Assembly (NCBI GenBank): GCA_036752345.1
Contig: DAIOSV010000001.1
Location: 44,884-108,883, forward strand
DNA from: Bacteroidales bacterium
Lineage (GTDB): Bacteria > Bacteroidota > Bacteroidia > Bacteroidales > UBA1715
Direction: 5' to 3'
DNA length: 64,000 nt
A program made the position numbers and the translations under genes. Positions 37,453 through 45,505 of the stretch are shown piece by piece (the stretch's first letter is position 1; each line of letters begins with the position of its first letter). The notes below the pieces were generated by a model. The model had not been told where the DNA came from and made no database searches. It saw only the letters and a list, made by a program, of their open reading frames with translations.

Positions 37453-38520
37453 ATGAAGAAACATAATTTCAATGCAGGACCGTCCATATTGCCACGCGAA
37501 GTTATAGAAGAGACAGCAAAGGCTGTACTTGACTTCCAGAATGATGGACTTTCACTTTTAGAGATTAGCCATAGAGCTAAGAACTTTCAACCCGTAGTTG
37601 AAGAGGCTGTCTCGTTGTTTAAAGAACTTTTGGACATTCCTGAAGGATACTCCGTGATCTTCCTAGGCGGTGGAGCAAGTTTGGAATTTTGTATGATTCC
37701 ATTTAACTTTTTAGAGAAAAAAGCTGCGTATTTGAACACAGGTGTGTGGGCAAAGAAAGCTATGAAAGAAGCAAAACTTTTTGGAGAAGTTGTAGAAGTA
37801 GCATCGTCAGCTGACGCAAACTACACTTTCATTCCTAAAAATTATACAATTCCAACTGATGCTGATTATTTCCACATCACAACAAACAACACAATCTATG
37901 GAACAGAAATCCTAAAAGATATGGATTCTCCAGTGCCTTTGATTGCTGATATGTCATCAGATATTTTCTCTCGTCCATTGGATGTTTCTAAATATGGTGT
38001 AATCTATGGTGGTGCTCAAAAGAACTTGGCTCCTGCCGGTGTTACATTCGTTGTTATTAAAGACGAATTGTTAGGCAAAGTTTCTCGTCAAATCCCAACT
38101 ATGCTTGACTATCGTACACATATCAAAGAAAATTCATTATTCAATACTCCTCCTGTATTGCCTATCTATTCAGCATTACTAAATTTACGTTTGGTAAAAG
38201 CTCAAGGTGGTGTTAAAGCAATGGAAAAACGCAATATTGCAAAAGCAAACTTATTGTACGATGCAATCGATTCTAGCAAAGTGTTCGTAGGAACAGCAAA
38301 AGAAGAAGATCGTTCAAGAATGAATATCTGCTTTGTAATGAAAGAAGAATACAAAGAAAAAGAAGCTGATTTCATGGCACTTGCTCAAGCAAGAGGAATG
38401 GTTGGAGTTAAAGGTCACCGTTCAGTTGGTGGTTTCCGCGCTTCTTGCTACAATGCCCTTCCTATAGAAAGCGTACAAGCGTTGGTCGACACAATGAAGG
38501 AATTTGAAAGAACAATCTAA
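37453..38520 (+). CDS. serC: Phosphoserine aminotransferase
   Basis: 355 aa. HNFNAGPS start, the [16 protein letters not shown]-lysine block and [14 protein letters not shown] near the C-terminus. Confidence 0.95.
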   Translation: MKKHNFNAGPSILPREVIEETAKAVLDFQNDGLSLLEISHRAKNFQPVVEEAVSLFKELLDIPEGYSVIFLGGGASLEFCMIPFNFLEKKAAYLNTGVWAKKAMKEAKLFGEVVEVASSADANYTFIPKNYTIPTDADYFHITTNNTIYGTEILKDMDSPVPLIADMSSDIFSRPLDVSKYGVIYGGAQKNLAPAGVTFVVIKDELLGKVSRQIPTMLDYRTHIKENSLFNTPPVLPIYSALLNLRLVKAQGGVKAMEKRNIAKANLLYDAIDSSKVFVGTAKEEDRSRMNICFVMKEEYKEKEADFMALAQARGMVGVKGHRSVGGFRASCYNALPIESVQALVDTMKEFERTI

Positions 38521-38533
38521 TTTTTGTATAACA

Positions 38534-38570
38534 AAAACGGAGAAATTGAAAATTTTCTCCGTTTTAATTT
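38534..38570 (+). terminator. Intrinsic terminator/attenuator hairpin between serC and serA
   Basis: 12-bp stem AAAACGGAGAAA / TTTCTCCGTTTT (38534-38565) with an 8-nt loop, followed by TTTTAATTTT. It lies inside the 5' extension of track ORF 38524.., which argues for the serA ATG at 38578. Confidence 0.7.
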
Positions 38571-38577
38571 TATAGAC

Positions 38578-39498
38578 ATGCCAAAAGTACTCGTTGCTAC
38601 AGAAAAACCTTTTGCAAAAGTTGCAATTGAAGGTATTAAAGAAATTATTGAAAAAGCACAATTCTCATGTGAGTTGTTGGAATCATATACAGAGAAATCT
38701 GCATTATTGAAAGCCGTTGCTGATGTTGATGCTATTATCATAAGAAGTGATAATATCGATCAAGAAGTATTTGATGCTGCAAAAAATTTAAAAATTGTTG
38801 TTCGTGCCGGTGCCGGTTACGACAATGTTGATTTAGCTGCTGCTACTGCAAAAAATGTAGTAGTAATGAATACTCCGGGACAAAACGCTAACGCCGTTGC
38901 AGAATTAGTATTCGGTATGTTGGTGTACGGTGTACGTAACTTCTTCAATGGCAAATCAGGTTCTGAATTGTTAGGCAAAAAACTTGGTATTCTTGCGTTC
39001 GGAAACGTTGGTCGCAACGTTGCTCGTATAGCGAAAGGATTTGGAATGGAAGTTTATGCATACGATGCATACTGTCCAGCTTCTGTTATTGAAGCTGCTG
39101 GTGTTAAAGCCGTTGCAAATCAAAACGAATTATTCAAAACATGTGATGTAGTTTCTTTGCACATACCTGCAACTCCAGAAACTGTTAACAGCATCAACTA
39201 CGACATGGTTAACCAAATGAAGAAAGGCGGTATCCTAATTAATACCGCTCGTAAAGAGGTTATCGATGAAGCTGGTTTGATTAAGTTAATGAACGAACGT
39301 GCTGATATCAAATACATCACAGACATTATGCCTGCTGCAAATGATGAATTTGCTAAATTAGAAGGACGTTATTTCACAACTCCTAAGAAAATGGGTGCTC
39401 AAACATCTGAAGCAAACATCAACGCAGGTTTAGCTGCTGCTCGTCAAATAGTTTCTTTCATAACTACAGGCGACAAAAAATTCCAAGTAAATAAATAG
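38578..39498 (+). CDS. serA: D-3-phosphoglycerate dehydrogenase (short, ~306-aa type)
   Basis: Start moved to MPKVLVATEKPF. 2-hydroxyacid dehydrogenase motifs VRAGAGYDNVD, GILAFGNVGRNVA and HIPAT. Adjacent to serC. Confidence 0.9.
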   Translation: MPKVLVATEKPFAKVAIEGIKEIIEKAQFSCELLESYTEKSALLKAVADVDAIIIRSDNIDQEVFDAAKNLKIVVRAGAGYDNVDLAAATAKNVVVMNTPGQNANAVAELVFGMLVYGVRNFFNGKSGSELLGKKLGILAFGNVGRNVARIAKGFGMEVYAYDAYCPASVIEAAGVKAVANQNELFKTCDVVSLHIPATPETVNSINYDMVNQMKKGGILINTARKEVIDEAGLIKLMNERADIKYITDIMPAANDEFAKLEGRYFTTPKKMGAQTSEANINAGLAAARQIVSFITTGDKKFQVNK

Positions 39499-39516
39499 TT
39501 TATCAACAATAAGTAG

Positions 39517-39557
39517 TTGGCTATTGAGAGAGTAATCCCGCAATAGCCAATTCTTTT
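39517..39557 (+). terminator. Intrinsic terminator after serA
   Basis: 10-bp stem TTGGCTATTG / CAATAGCCAA with a 14-nt loop, then TTCTTTT. The same stem sequence recurs at 48994-49035. Confidence 0.65.
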
Positions 39558-39573
39558 ATAAAAAGTTAGCAAT

Positions 39574-40824
39574 ATGCCAGTAGTAAAACCATTTAAAGGT
39601 TTCCGTCCTCGTACCGAAGAGCTTGCAAAGAAAATTGCATCTCGTCCCTATGATGTGTTAAATTCACAGGAAGCAAAAGTAGAAGCAGGAGATAATGAGT
39701 ATTCTTTTTATCATGTAATAAAACCAGAAATAGATTTACCAGCCGACATTGATGTGCACTCACAAGTTGTGTATGATAAGGCTAAAGAAAGTCTAAACAA
39801 AATGATAGCAGACAAGGTTTTGATACAAGATGGGAAGCCATGTTATTACATATACGCTCAAACCATGAATGGACGTACTCAATACGGTATTGTTGGTGGA
39901 GCATGTGTTGCTGATTATGAAAATAACATCATAAAGAAACACGAACTTACTCGTCCAGACAAAGAAGAAGATCGTAGAAATCATGTACGAAATACCAATT
40001 TCAATGCTGAACCGGTATTCTTCGCATTCAAAAACAACCTTGAGTTGGATATGATTATTCACGACGCTATTTTGATTGACCCGGTTTACAATTTCGTGTC
40101 TGAAGACGGCGTAGGTCACCACGTTTGGGTGATTGAAAACGATGCAAAAATTAAACGTATTGAATATCTTTTCGCAAACGAAGTTGATTGTTTGTATGTA
40201 GCCGATGGTCACCACCGTACAGCTGCTGCTGCCGGAGTAGGAGCAGAACGTCGTGCAGCAAACGCAAATCACACTGGAAATGAGGAATATAATTATTTCT
40301 TGGCAGTAAACTTCCCTGCAAATCAGTTGTCTATCATTGATTACAACCGTGTGTTGAAAGATTTGAACGGCATGAGCGTAGATGAATTACTTGCGAAATT
40401 GTCAAAAAGTTTTGACGTTGAGAAAAAAGGCGCAACAATCTACAAACCAAATACGTTGCACAATTTCTCATTGTACGTTGCAGGTGAATGGTATTCATTA
40501 ACTGCAAAACAAGGTACATTCAACGATTCAGACCCAATTGGTGTACTCGATGTAACTATCTTGACCGAACAAGTACTTTCTCCGTTATTCGATATTCAAG
40601 ACTTGCGCAGAAGCAATCGTATTGATTTCGTAGGTGGTATTCGTGGTCTTGGAGAATTGAAAAAACGTGTTGATAGTGGCGAAATGGCTGCTGCCTTTGC
40701 GTTGTATCCAGTTTCTATGGAACAATTGATGGCAATTGCTGATAGTGGCGAAATAATGCCTCCAAAATCAACCTGGTTCGAACCAAAATTACGTAGTGGA
40801 TTAATTTTACACAGCTTAGTGTAG
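39574..40824 (+). CDS. DUF1015 family protein
   Basis: 416 aa. F.G.RP start, the YVADGHHRTAAA block, and length and position next to serA as I recall for Bacteroides DUF1015 proteins. Confidence 0.75.
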   Translation: MPVVKPFKGFRPRTEELAKKIASRPYDVLNSQEAKVEAGDNEYSFYHVIKPEIDLPADIDVHSQVVYDKAKESLNKMIADKVLIQDGKPCYYIYAQTMNGRTQYGIVGGACVADYENNIIKKHELTRPDKEEDRRNHVRNTNFNAEPVFFAFKNNLELDMIIHDAILIDPVYNFVSEDGVGHHVWVIENDAKIKRIEYLFANEVDCLYVADGHHRTAAAAGVGAERRAANANHTGNEEYNYFLAVNFPANQLSIIDYNRVLKDLNGMSVDELLAKLSKSFDVEKKGATIYKPNTLHNFSLYVAGEWYSLTAKQGTFNDSDPIGVLDVTILTEQVLSPLFDIQDLRRSNRIDFVGGIRGLGELKKRVDSGEMAAAFALYPVSMEQLMAIADSGEIMPPKSTWFEPKLRSGLILHSLV

Positions 40825-40846
40825 ATTCTTCTCGTATCTAAATAAT

Positions 40847-40884
40847 AAAGCCTCCTTGGTGAATTCCTTGGAGGCTTTTTGTTT
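40847..40884 (+). terminator. Intrinsic terminator after the DUF1015 gene
   Basis: AAAGCCTCC / GGAGGCTTT stem (40847-40879) followed by TTTTTGTTTG. Confidence 0.7.
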
Positions 40885-40919
40885 GCAATAAAATCTATTA
40901 TTGAATTTCCAAAAAAATG

Positions 40920-40927
40920 TATCTTTG
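40920..40927 (+). promoter_or_regulatory. Candidate -7 promoter box placed for a leaderless or near-leaderless yggS mRNA
   Basis: TATCTTTG (matches TAnnTTTG) ends 7 nt before the ATG at 40935 and overlaps the track's upstream ATG at 40917. Confidence 0.4.
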
Positions 40928-40934
40928 TAGTACT

Positions 40935-41609
40935 ATGATACAAGAAAATCTACAACGAATAGTAGCGACGATTCCCACCGGCGTTACACTTTTGGCGGTG
41001 TCAAAGACAAAGCCCGAAAGTGATATAATGGAAGCGTACAATTTTGGTATTCGTGACTTTGGCGAAAACAAGGCTCAGGAAATGACCCAAAAATACGAAG
41101 CACTTCCAAAAGATATTCGTTGGCACATGATTGGCCATTTGCAAACAAACAAAGTAAAGTACATAGTTCCTTACGTTTCGCTTATTCATAGTGTAGATTC
41201 CTATAAATTGCTTGAGGATATCAATAAAGAGGCAGGAAAACATCAACGGGTAATACGTTGTTTGTTACAATTTCATATAGCTTCTGAAGATACCAAATTC
41301 GGATTTCTGCAAACAGAAGCGGAAGCAATACTCAATTCCGACGCCTATAAATCGCTTGAAAATATAAAAATTAGTGGCGTAATGGGTATGGCAACCAATA
41401 CCGATGATGTCAATAAAGTTCGTCAAGAATTTCGTCATCTAAAATCTATTTTTAGCGAACTACAGACGAAATATTTCCCCGATGATGTCAATTTCAACAT
41501 CATATCAATGGGCATGTCTGATGACTATCAGATAGCCATAGAAGAGGGAAGTACTATAGTACGAATAGGAAGCTCAATTTTTGGAGCAAGAGACTACTCC
41601 AATATATGA
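40935..41609 (+). CDS. yggS: YggS-family pyridoxal-phosphate homeostasis protein
   Basis: Start moved to MIQENLQRI. LLAVSKTKP (PLP lysine), GENK.QE, WH.IGHLQ.NK, SMGMS.D and VRIGS.IFG motifs. Confidence 0.9.
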   Translation: MIQENLQRIVATIPTGVTLLAVSKTKPESDIMEAYNFGIRDFGENKAQEMTQKYEALPKDIRWHMIGHLQTNKVKYIVPYVSLIHSVDSYKLLEDINKEAGKHQRVIRCLLQFHIASEDTKFGFLQTEAEAILNSDAYKSLENIKISGVMGMATNTDDVNKVRQEFRHLKSIFSELQTKYFPDDVNFNIISMGMSDDYQIAIEEGSTIVRIGSSIFGARDYSNI

Positions 41610-42106
41610 ATAGTCTCGCCGAGTAAAGCAGCTTTCTCTGATTTTTCTGCAATCACTCCATTGCGTATCTGTTGTTTTAGGAGAGATTTTTTCTCTTCAG
41701 ACAAAAGAGGTGCGCACATTTCTATAGCCGTAAATGCTTCTATAGCGGTTTCGTAGTTGTCGTGCAGTAAACTATCTATAAGTACATCTATATGCTCCGA
41801 AAAATCAAGATTCGTTTGCCACAATACAGAAATCAAGCGATCCTTCATAGTTGCAAATCGAGCATCACGTATGGCATCAATAAAAAGAGGTATTGCATTT
41901 TGGTCTTTTGTGTCGGTAAGGCAATCGAGTATATCATTTTGTATGGCAGTACTTGATGTTTTCTCCAATAAATCAAAGAGTAGAGGTATCATTTCACGTG
42001 TTCCGTTTTCGTGAATATACGATATTGTATCGTGGACTAAACTTTCATTATCAGAGTCAAATACCGTTTGTATTTCTTTGATGATTGATTTTTCGTCTAT
42101 TATCAT
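41594..42106 (-). CDS. HEAT/armadillo-like repeat protein, function unknown
   Basis: 170 aa, all-helical. Repeated G..E.IP.LF.LL / D..AIPLFIDAI pattern. Its 3' end overlaps the yggS 3' end by 16 nt (convergent). Confidence 0.55.
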   Translation of the reverse strand: MIIDEKSIIKEIQTVFDSDNESLVHDTISYIHENGTREMIPLLFDLLEKTSSTAIQNDILDCLTDTKDQNAIPLFIDAIRDARFATMKDRLISVLWQTNLDFSEHIDVLIDSLLHDNYETAIEAFTAIEMCAPLLSEEKKSLLKQQIRNGVIAEKSEKAALLGETIHILE

Positions 42107-42181
42107 TTCTTTGTTTTTTAATTTTAGGGCGTGAAAATGTTTGCAAATAAAAAAAATATATTATTTTTACACAAACATTAA

Positions 42182-43111
42182 ATGTGGCATTTTAAAAAAA
42201 ATCGTATGCAAAGTAACACAAGACTATTTCGAGTATTAATCGTTTTTGGACTAATATTTGGTACTGTGAGTTGTAGCAATTCCGGTAAATCAAAATCTTC
42301 TGATGCAGATACGCTAAATAGTGAGCAAAAGCAGAAAGAGAAAGTGGTGAACGATGTAAAGAAAGTAATGTATTCTTTACCATCTCCAGTAGAAACTTCA
42401 TTACTTATGAAGAAAGCCGGTGCTCGTTATGACGCTGCGTTATTAAATCCTACGACAAACTTCAATAAATATAATACCGATAAACAAAAAGCATTGAATC
42501 TAGGTATTTATGGTGCTGATTTGAGTTACGCAAGTATCTTCGAACAAGATCAAACCATTATGCAGTATATGCAAGTTTCAAAGAAAATGGCTATCGGTTT
42601 AGATTTATTACAAGCTATCGATCAATCAATTATTGATAGATTGGAAGCAAACCATGACAATCGCGACTCTGTTATCCGCATCATTTCTGAAACATTCTTA
42701 AATTCAAACTCTACATTAAAAGAAGACAATCGTCCTGAAATCGCTGCAATGATTTTGGCCGGAGGTTGGGTAGAAGGTTTGTATTTAGCAACTCAATTAA
42801 CCAATGATGTTAAAAAAGATAAAGAGTTGGTTGAAAGAATTGTTGAACAAAAGCTTTCTTTTGGCGAAATGGAAAAACTTTTGGGACAATATGTTCAAAA
42901 TCCTGATATCGCTGAGGTCGTTAATAAATTACAACCAATTTCTAAAGCATTTAACTCTATAGAAATAGTTAAATCATCAATTGAAGTTGTAGATAATGAA
43001 GCAACTAATCAATCTGTGTTGAAATCAACACAAAAAATTAATATAACTCAAGCGCAGTACAATAACTTAAAAGCCGAAGCTGCAAAACTGAGAAACTCAT
43101 TTGTCCAATAA
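42182..43111 (+). CDS. Lipoprotein of unknown function
   Basis: 309 aa with lipobox FGTVSC (an alternative start at Met9, 42206, gives a standard-length signal). Helical body with no recognisable catalytic motif. Confidence 0.6.
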   Translation: MWHFKKNRMQSNTRLFRVLIVFGLIFGTVSCSNSGKSKSSDADTLNSEQKQKEKVVNDVKKVMYSLPSPVETSLLMKKAGARYDAALLNPTTNFNKYNTDKQKALNLGIYGADLSYASIFEQDQTIMQYMQVSKKMAIGLDLLQAIDQSIIDRLEANHDNRDSVIRIISETFLNSNSTLKEDNRPEIAAMILAGGWVEGLYLATQLTNDVKKDKELVERIVEQKLSFGEMEKLLGQYVQNPDIAEVVNKLQPISKAFNSIEIVKSSIEVVDNEATNQSVLKSTQKINITQAQYNNLKAEAAKLRNSFVQ

Positions 43112-43130
43112 TTTAAAGAATAGCAATAGT

Positions 43131-43574
43131 ATGAAAAACGTTTATAAAATTTTAGTATTGGTAGTATCGTTCGTATTATTAGGAACTTTATCTTACGGAC
43201 AATGTAGAACATTCGCTAAGAGTGAATGTAAACCAAGTTTGGAACCATATGTTCATGATGGAATCTTCAATGCCACTGAATTGGGCGAAGGTGAGTCTGC
43301 AGAACTATATAAGACTTTCTATTCAAATCAAAACTATCGTATCGCAATCTGCGGTGACCAACAACTTCCGAGAATTAAATTCTCTATCATGGATGCCGAT
43401 AGAAATGTTTTGTTCACAAATGCAAAACATTCATACAAACGTGTGTGGGATTTCAAAATGGAGTCAAGTCAACAATTGATTATCTCCATAGAAGTTGAAA
43501 CCAATGACGAAAAAGTGAGTGATGAAACTGCTCGTGGTTGCGTTGCCGTACTCGTTGGATTCTCTGCTGAATAA
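43131..43574 (+). CDS. Small secreted protein of unknown function
   Basis: ATG at 43131 is preferred over the track's TTG at 43101. MKNVYKILVLVVSFVLLGTLSYGQ signal. Beta-rich, 4 Cys. 19 nt after the preceding lipoprotein gene. Confidence 0.6.
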   Translation: MKNVYKILVLVVSFVLLGTLSYGQCRTFAKSECKPSLEPYVHDGIFNATELGEGESAELYKTFYSNQNYRIAICGDQQLPRIKFSIMDADRNVLFTNAKHSYKRVWDFKMESSQQLIISIEVETNDEKVSDETARGCVAVLVGFSAE

Positions 43575-43597
43575 AAGAACTTTAACCTAATATAAGC

Positions 43598-43634
43598 AAA
43601 GCTGTCAATTTCATTTTTGACAGCTTTCTTTTTG
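43598..43634 (+). terminator. Intrinsic terminator after the 42.2-43.6 kb gene pair
   Basis: 11-bp stem AAAGCTGTCAA / TTGACAGCTTT (43598-43627) followed by CTTTTTG. It overlaps the 5' extension of track ORF 43617.., supporting the ATG at 43638. Confidence 0.75.
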
Positions 43635-43637
43635 TCA

Positions 43638-45494
43638 ATGGCAATCCTACAAGTAGAAAATATAACAAAATACTACGGCGAATATCTTTTATTTGATGAT
43701 TTGTCGTTTGTGATTAATCGAGGCGAACGTATCGCTTTGGTTGCAAAAAACGGCATGGGCAAAACCACGCTCATTAAAATCATTATGGGAAAAGACGAGC
43801 CGGAGTCTGGACGAGTGTTGATAGAACCGGGAGTTTCGGTTGGCTATCTAGACCAAGATACAAAATTGGAATCGTCGGCAACGGTATTCGATGAAATTTA
43901 TTCGGCAAATGAAGACGTGTTGAGTGCCATAGCAAAATATACCGAGGCATTAGCGGCTGGCGACGAGAAACGCATACAAGTAGCTTCTGATACCATGGAC
44001 GCTACCGAGGCATGGAATTATGAGGCTCGTGTAAAACTTATCCTTACAAAACTTCAATTGCCTTCGGCTCAAAAAATATCAGAACTTTCGGGTGGGCAAC
44101 AAAAACGTGTGGCGCTTGCCAAAATCCTAATTCTTGCTCCGGATTTGTTAATACTTGATGAGCCAACCAACCATTTGGATATTTCAATTATAGAGTGGCT
44201 TGAAGAATACCTAAAAACCATTCGCAGCACGCTGCTTTTGGTAACGCACGATAGGTATTTCCTTGATTCAGTGTGTGATTGCATATTGGAGCTATCAAAC
44301 AAAACCACCTACCGTTACAAAGGCAATTATTCATATTATCTAGAGAAAAAACAAGAACGATTGCAGGTAGAAAGCGCCGAAGTGCAAAAAGCAAAAAATC
44401 TCATGCGCAAAGAATTGGATTGGATTCGCCGTCAGCCGCAGGCTCGCGGAACAAAGGCGAAATACCGCGTTGATGCGTATGAAGACTTGAAAGAAAAAGC
44501 ACAGACGAAGATAGAAGGCGATAGTGATATTATTATCAACGTAGCAAGCCAATATCTTGGAAATAAAGTCGTTGACTTGAAAAGCATCTACAAATCGTAT
44601 GGCGATAAACAGGTGTTGTCAAAGGTTTCATACTCGTTTCAACGTGGAGAACGTGTGGGACTTATTGGTGAAAACGGCTGTGGAAAATCAACGTTACTGA
44701 ATATAATAACCCAACAACTCCAACCTGATGCAGGCACTGTTGATTGGGGCGATACCGTTTCTATTGGATATTACAAGCAAAACGGGCTGTTGGGCTGCGA
44801 TGGCAAGCATGTGATTGATGTTATAAAAGATATTTCCGACAAAATTGAGTTGGAAAAAAGCCATACTATTAGCGCTGCGCAATATTTGGAACAGTGGAAT
44901 TTCCCTCGTTCCGTGCAGTATATGTATGTCTCAAAATTGAGTGGAGGTGAGAAAAAACGCCTCTATTTAATGACGGTGTTGATGCAAAAACCTAATTTCT
45001 TGCTCCTCGACGAACCTACCAATGATTTGGATTTATTTACCATACAACTCCTGGAAGAATATTTGTTGCACTTCAAAGGCTCGGTTTTGGTGGTTTCTCA
45101 CGATAGATTTTTTATTGATAAAGTTGTAGATCATTTGCTTCTTTTTAAAGAAAATGGCGAAATATCTGACTTCCCTGGAAATTACTCAGCCTATCGCGAG
45201 TATCTTGAAAAACAAACGCAACCCAAAGAGGTAAAAGAGCCGCTTAAAAAAGCTGCGCAAACCATTGAAGCAACCAAGAAAAAAGGGCTGAGCTACAAGG
45301 AACAGCAATTATTTACTAAGACGGAACAAGAAATTAAAGATTTAGAACAGGAAAAAAAAGATTTAGAGTTATCTTTGGAATCTGGTATACTAGGACAAGA
45401 TGATTTAGTCCAAAAATCCCAGCGAATAGGCGAAGTTTTTGCTTTGCTCAATGAAAAAGAGATGATATGGCTTGAATTAAGTGAAAAAATGTAA
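43638..45494 (+). CDS. ABC-F family ATPase (Uup-like, no TM domain, C-terminal coiled coil)
   Basis: Start moved to MAILQVENITKYYG. Two ABC cassettes (Walker A AKNGMGKTT / GENGCGKST; signatures LSGGQQKRV / LSGGEKKRL) and a Lys/Glu-rich C-terminal helix. Confidence 0.9.
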   Translation: MAILQVENITKYYGEYLLFDDLSFVINRGERIALVAKNGMGKTTLIKIIMGKDEPESGRVLIEPGVSVGYLDQDTKLESSATVFDEIYSANEDVLSAIAKYTEALAAGDEKRIQVASDTMDATEAWNYEARVKLILTKLQLPSAQKISELSGGQQKRVALAKILILAPDLLILDEPTNHLDISIIEWLEEYLKTIRSTLLLVTHDRYFLDSVCDCILELSNKTTYRYKGNYSYYLEKKQERLQVESAEVQKAKNLMRKELDWIRRQPQARGTKAKYRVDAYEDLKEKAQTKIEGDSDIIINVASQYLGNKVVDLKSIYKSYGDKQVLSKVSYSFQRGERVGLIGENGCGKSTLLNIITQQLQPDAGTVDWGDTVSIGYYKQNGLLGCDGKHVIDVIKDISDKIELEKSHTISAAQYLEQWNFPRSVQYMYVSKLSGGEKKRLYLMTVLMQKPNFLLLDEPTNDLDLFTIQLLEEYLLHFKGSVLVVSHDRFFIDKVVDHLLLFKENGEISDFPGNYSAYREYLEKQTQPKEVKEPLKKAAQTIEATKKKGLSYKEQQLFTKTEQEIKDLEQEKKDLELSLESGILGQDDLVQKSQRIGEVFALLNEKEMIWLELSEKM

Positions 45495-45505
45495 AAATAA
45501 ACGAT

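Noticed and set aside
39793-40272. 159-aa minus-strand ORF inside the DUF1015 gene; similar cases at 23272..23742, 47861..48337, 52845..53324 and 28773..29189
   Set aside because: Each lies antisense within a gene that has clear family motifs. None has an independent signal.
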